Source of the DNA: Lama glama | Taxonomy: Eukaryota | Direction: 5' to 3' | Assembly: GCA_028534125.1 (NCBI GenBank) | Contig: CM052817.1 | Coordinates: forward strand, 59,274,001-59,338,000 | Length of the DNA: 64,000 bases | In this document: in pieces, positions 61,156 to 64,000 of the stretch | Layout: every line of letters starts with the position of its first letter | Numbering within the stretch: the stretch's first letter is position 1 | Position numbers and translations under genes: made by a program | Notes under the pieces: generated by a model | The model's input: the letters and a program-made list of their open reading frames with translations, nothing else | What the model was told of the DNA's origin: nothing | Database searches by the model: none

Positions 61156-62298
61156 TTTTTCTTTTAAATTCATGTCTGCGTGGCTCTTGCATGTTATGAA
61201 AAACAATCCCTTTAAATTGCACATTCTATATTCATAGAGTGAATGAATATAAAGTCTGGTTGACATCAAGTTGAAGGAAAAGCTCCATAAAGTATCTCTA
61301 TAAAATGGGGTATTTGATAAACCTAATAGACTCTGGTTATGCTGTTATTTTTTACCTCTAAATCATATCTGGAAAAGGTCACAATTAAATCTTTGAACTC
61401 CTTTTCTTAATGCTAACTTTTGTAAATTCAGAACAAGACAGAAAACGGCATATTTTTTCCTATGACTCATATATTAACCAGAACTACTAGAATTTCTATG
61501 AGGAATTATAAGTAACTCAGAAATTCTTTCCAGGTAGTTTAATTTTAGTGAATAAATAGATCAAATCTACTTCCTCCGTTTGCTGACAGAGTTGTTAGCA
61601 GAATTTGCAGTGAATAAAAATTACTGCTGTGCTATCTGGAATTAGTACAATTTCTAGGAAGCTTCAAAAATTCTGGGCAGCATATGTGAATTTGAGGAGA
61701 ATTTCAATTTCTTGATGCTGGTGAACTCTTATCCAGCTTTCTCTATAATCTCGGATCTATAAACTCCCAGGTCCAAATGATTAGAGGATGTGAAATTGAA
61801 CACAACCTTTAGCACTTCTGTTATATTGGAAATTTCTTCTCCACTAATATCCAGTCATACCCAAAATGTGGAAGATTTCTACAACCTCATGAAAATCATA
61901 AAAAAAAAAAAAATAGGTTCTGAATTCAAACTACATTTCATTGCTATTTAAGTATCCAATGATTCTATGACAGAATATGCACATACTGAATTATATATTC
62001 ATCACTGAATTAGGAAAAAATATTTTTGATGCAGGATTTCTTTCTTCTTTGATTTAAACTTTATTTTTATATAAATAAACATCTGAGTATTATGACTAGG
62101 TATCAGAGCATTTGTAATTCATACACCACAAAATACTTTTTTTATTGTTTTCTTCACCAAAAGTGACTGAGAAAAAGAGTTTTGTGTGTGCATGTATATG
62201 AGTCTATATGTGTACATGAGTACATAAATACAAGTACATAAGTAAGAATAAAAGATTGGAGATCATAGATTATTTCAGCATAGCAGCCGTAGGTTTCT

Positions 62299-62314
62299 CC
62301 ATGAGATGGCACTA
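62299..62314 (+). promoter_or_regulatory. Candidate CTCF binding site
   Basis: CCATGAGATGGCACTA fits the CCASYAGRKGGCRSYA consensus except at variable positions 4-5; motif match only. Confidence 0.4.
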
Positions 62315-63123
62315 ACAGAATATTACTTCATTTTATTTTTTAATGTAGAGAAATTTATCGTTTTATGCAGCCTATAGGACTGACATTTACTTAGATTTTT
62401 TTTTACACCAGTGAATTCACCTTTCCTCCTATAACTGTTGGAACGCTACATTGGTATGTCATCAGGGTCGTTTTCAAGGTACCATGGTCAATATCATGCT
62501 CTTGTTCCCTTAGGCAACAGTTCTCAGATTTAGGCATTGTGGGCTACATTGAGCCACATGCAATCCAGTGGAATTCAGAAGGTCTGGAAGTTGAAAGATC
62601 TGCGTGTATGATGAAAATGAGTATGATTTTTTATTAAAGGGAGGTGTAAAATCTTGAGGACAGAGAATGTGAACTTGCAAAAGGAGTTAAGCTGTATTTG
62701 TTTTACAAAAGCAAAATAAACATTTAAGCCATTGTCCTATGAACAGCCATGTTTAAAGGCAGAACATTTTTTTAAATGGTTATAGTAAAACTAGGAATTA
62801 TTTAATACTAAAAAGTAAATGAAAATAATTTTCCTAATCAATCCACCATGTAAACCATCACTGGAGTAATATATTGAATAAATATTTTGATCTTGATCTA
62901 AGTCCTTATTATACAGAGATAGCTGAAAGATCTACTATCTTTTGGGTTATTTCTATGGTATCAAATGTAGAAGTTATGTTCTACTATCAATAGTGAATGA
63001 CATAACTGTGATAATTGAGGCAGTAATATATTTCCAAATGAATTTGGCATCTCACTAATTAAAATAGGGAAAAATAAATTCTTAATGTTAGGTGATATGT
63101 CTATATCCAAAAGCTAGTAATCA

Positions 63124-64000
63124 CTTCTGTTTTTGGCCGTAAATGGGCAACAGAAACCAGATTAATCTTACTATCTTAAACAAGTTAAAAAATGGACAAA
63201 ATTGATGAAACAATGTTTTTCAAATTTGGGGCAACAAAATTAATCTCTGCAAGAACATAAGCAAATGAGATGAGTTATAGCTTGTTGCCTAGAGAGTCTC
63301 CAGGCAGCAGTGCAGGGAGGGGGAATCAACAAATTGTGGCAATCTCCCTAATTGCAGAAACAGAGTTTGGAGTTGGGGGTACCTAAGCAGGTGAAATTCA
63401 CAGGGCAGAGTACTGCGGAAGAGAGTTGCACACACAGGCACATGTGCGTGCGCACACACACACACACACACGCACAAATCAAAGAAACATAGAGGATCTC
63501 CCTCAAGCCTTCAGCTGAATTCTGATCAGTGTGTTCATGTGGGAAAATTCCCACATATAAATGTTAAAACCAGTGACTTAATTGTCTTATTTCAGAAATT
63601 AGAATAAGAAAAGCAAATTTAAAACAAAGTATGCAGAAGAAAATTAATAAGAGATAAGAGCAGGAATTAGGAAAAGAAATAACACAGAAATAGTAGAAAA
63701 AAATAAATGCAAGCAAAGCTAGTTCTTGGAATGACCATAGTGATCATTCTCTAGCCACACTGACCAAGAGAAAATAAAATTTACCAGTAACAAGAAAGAG
63801 AGAAGGGACATAAATGAACATCCTATATTTTACAGATATTGAGAGTTTAATTAGGAAATATTATTTAAAAGTTTAAGATAATAAATTCAACATTACCATA
63901 CAAGAAGCAATATGTGAAATGAGTAGCCCTATATCCACTGAAGAACTTACTTGTAGTTAAACATTTGTCCTTGATGAAAGTGCCAATTCCTGATGGTTTC
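63124..64000 (+). mobile_element. Old L1M: 5' UTR joined to an ORF2 fragment, running off the window end; contains (CA)n at about 63453-63475
   Basis: L1M 5'-end motifs (aaaaatggacaaaattgatgaaacaatgtttttcaa); ORF2-like gaagaaaattaataagagataagagcaggaatt...ctctagccacactgaccaagagaa...gagtagccctatatcc. Confidence 0.75.

Noticed and set aside
62410..62600. Minus-strand exon-like segment (ttccag acceptor to aag|gtgaat donor)
   Set aside because: Stops in all three frames and only a mediocre donor

Overview
AT-rich, CpG-poor placental-mammal DNA, either intergenic or deep intronic. I find no supportable protein-coding exon, RNA gene or CRISPR-like system. Roughly half the window is decayed transposable elements, and every ORF in the track with recognisable homology is a LINE-1 ORF1p/ORF2p remnant. 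There are two near-full-length L1s. One (about 32.2-40.05 kb) carries a near-complete Tigger1 DNA transposon inside ORF2. The other (44.81-51.1 kb) has a 14-bp TSD, a degenerate ~70-bp monomer array in its 5' UTR and an internal RT deletion. Also present are a 5'-inverted (twin-primed) young L1, older L1M/L2/MIR fragments, many MaLR (MLT1) LTRs, ERVL and ERV1 solo LTRs, and MER20, MER5A and MER82. The L1 3' UTRs look cetartiodactyl and I see no Alu, B1, BovB/Bov-tA, PRE-1 or Can-SINE, which suggests a camelid (inference). Subfamily names come from recalled consensus features, not a search, and boundaries of old elements are approximate. The most interesting signals are insertion and repair scars, one unassigned LTR-like island and a few candidate regulatory sites. 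I do not see evidence of a novel biological system.
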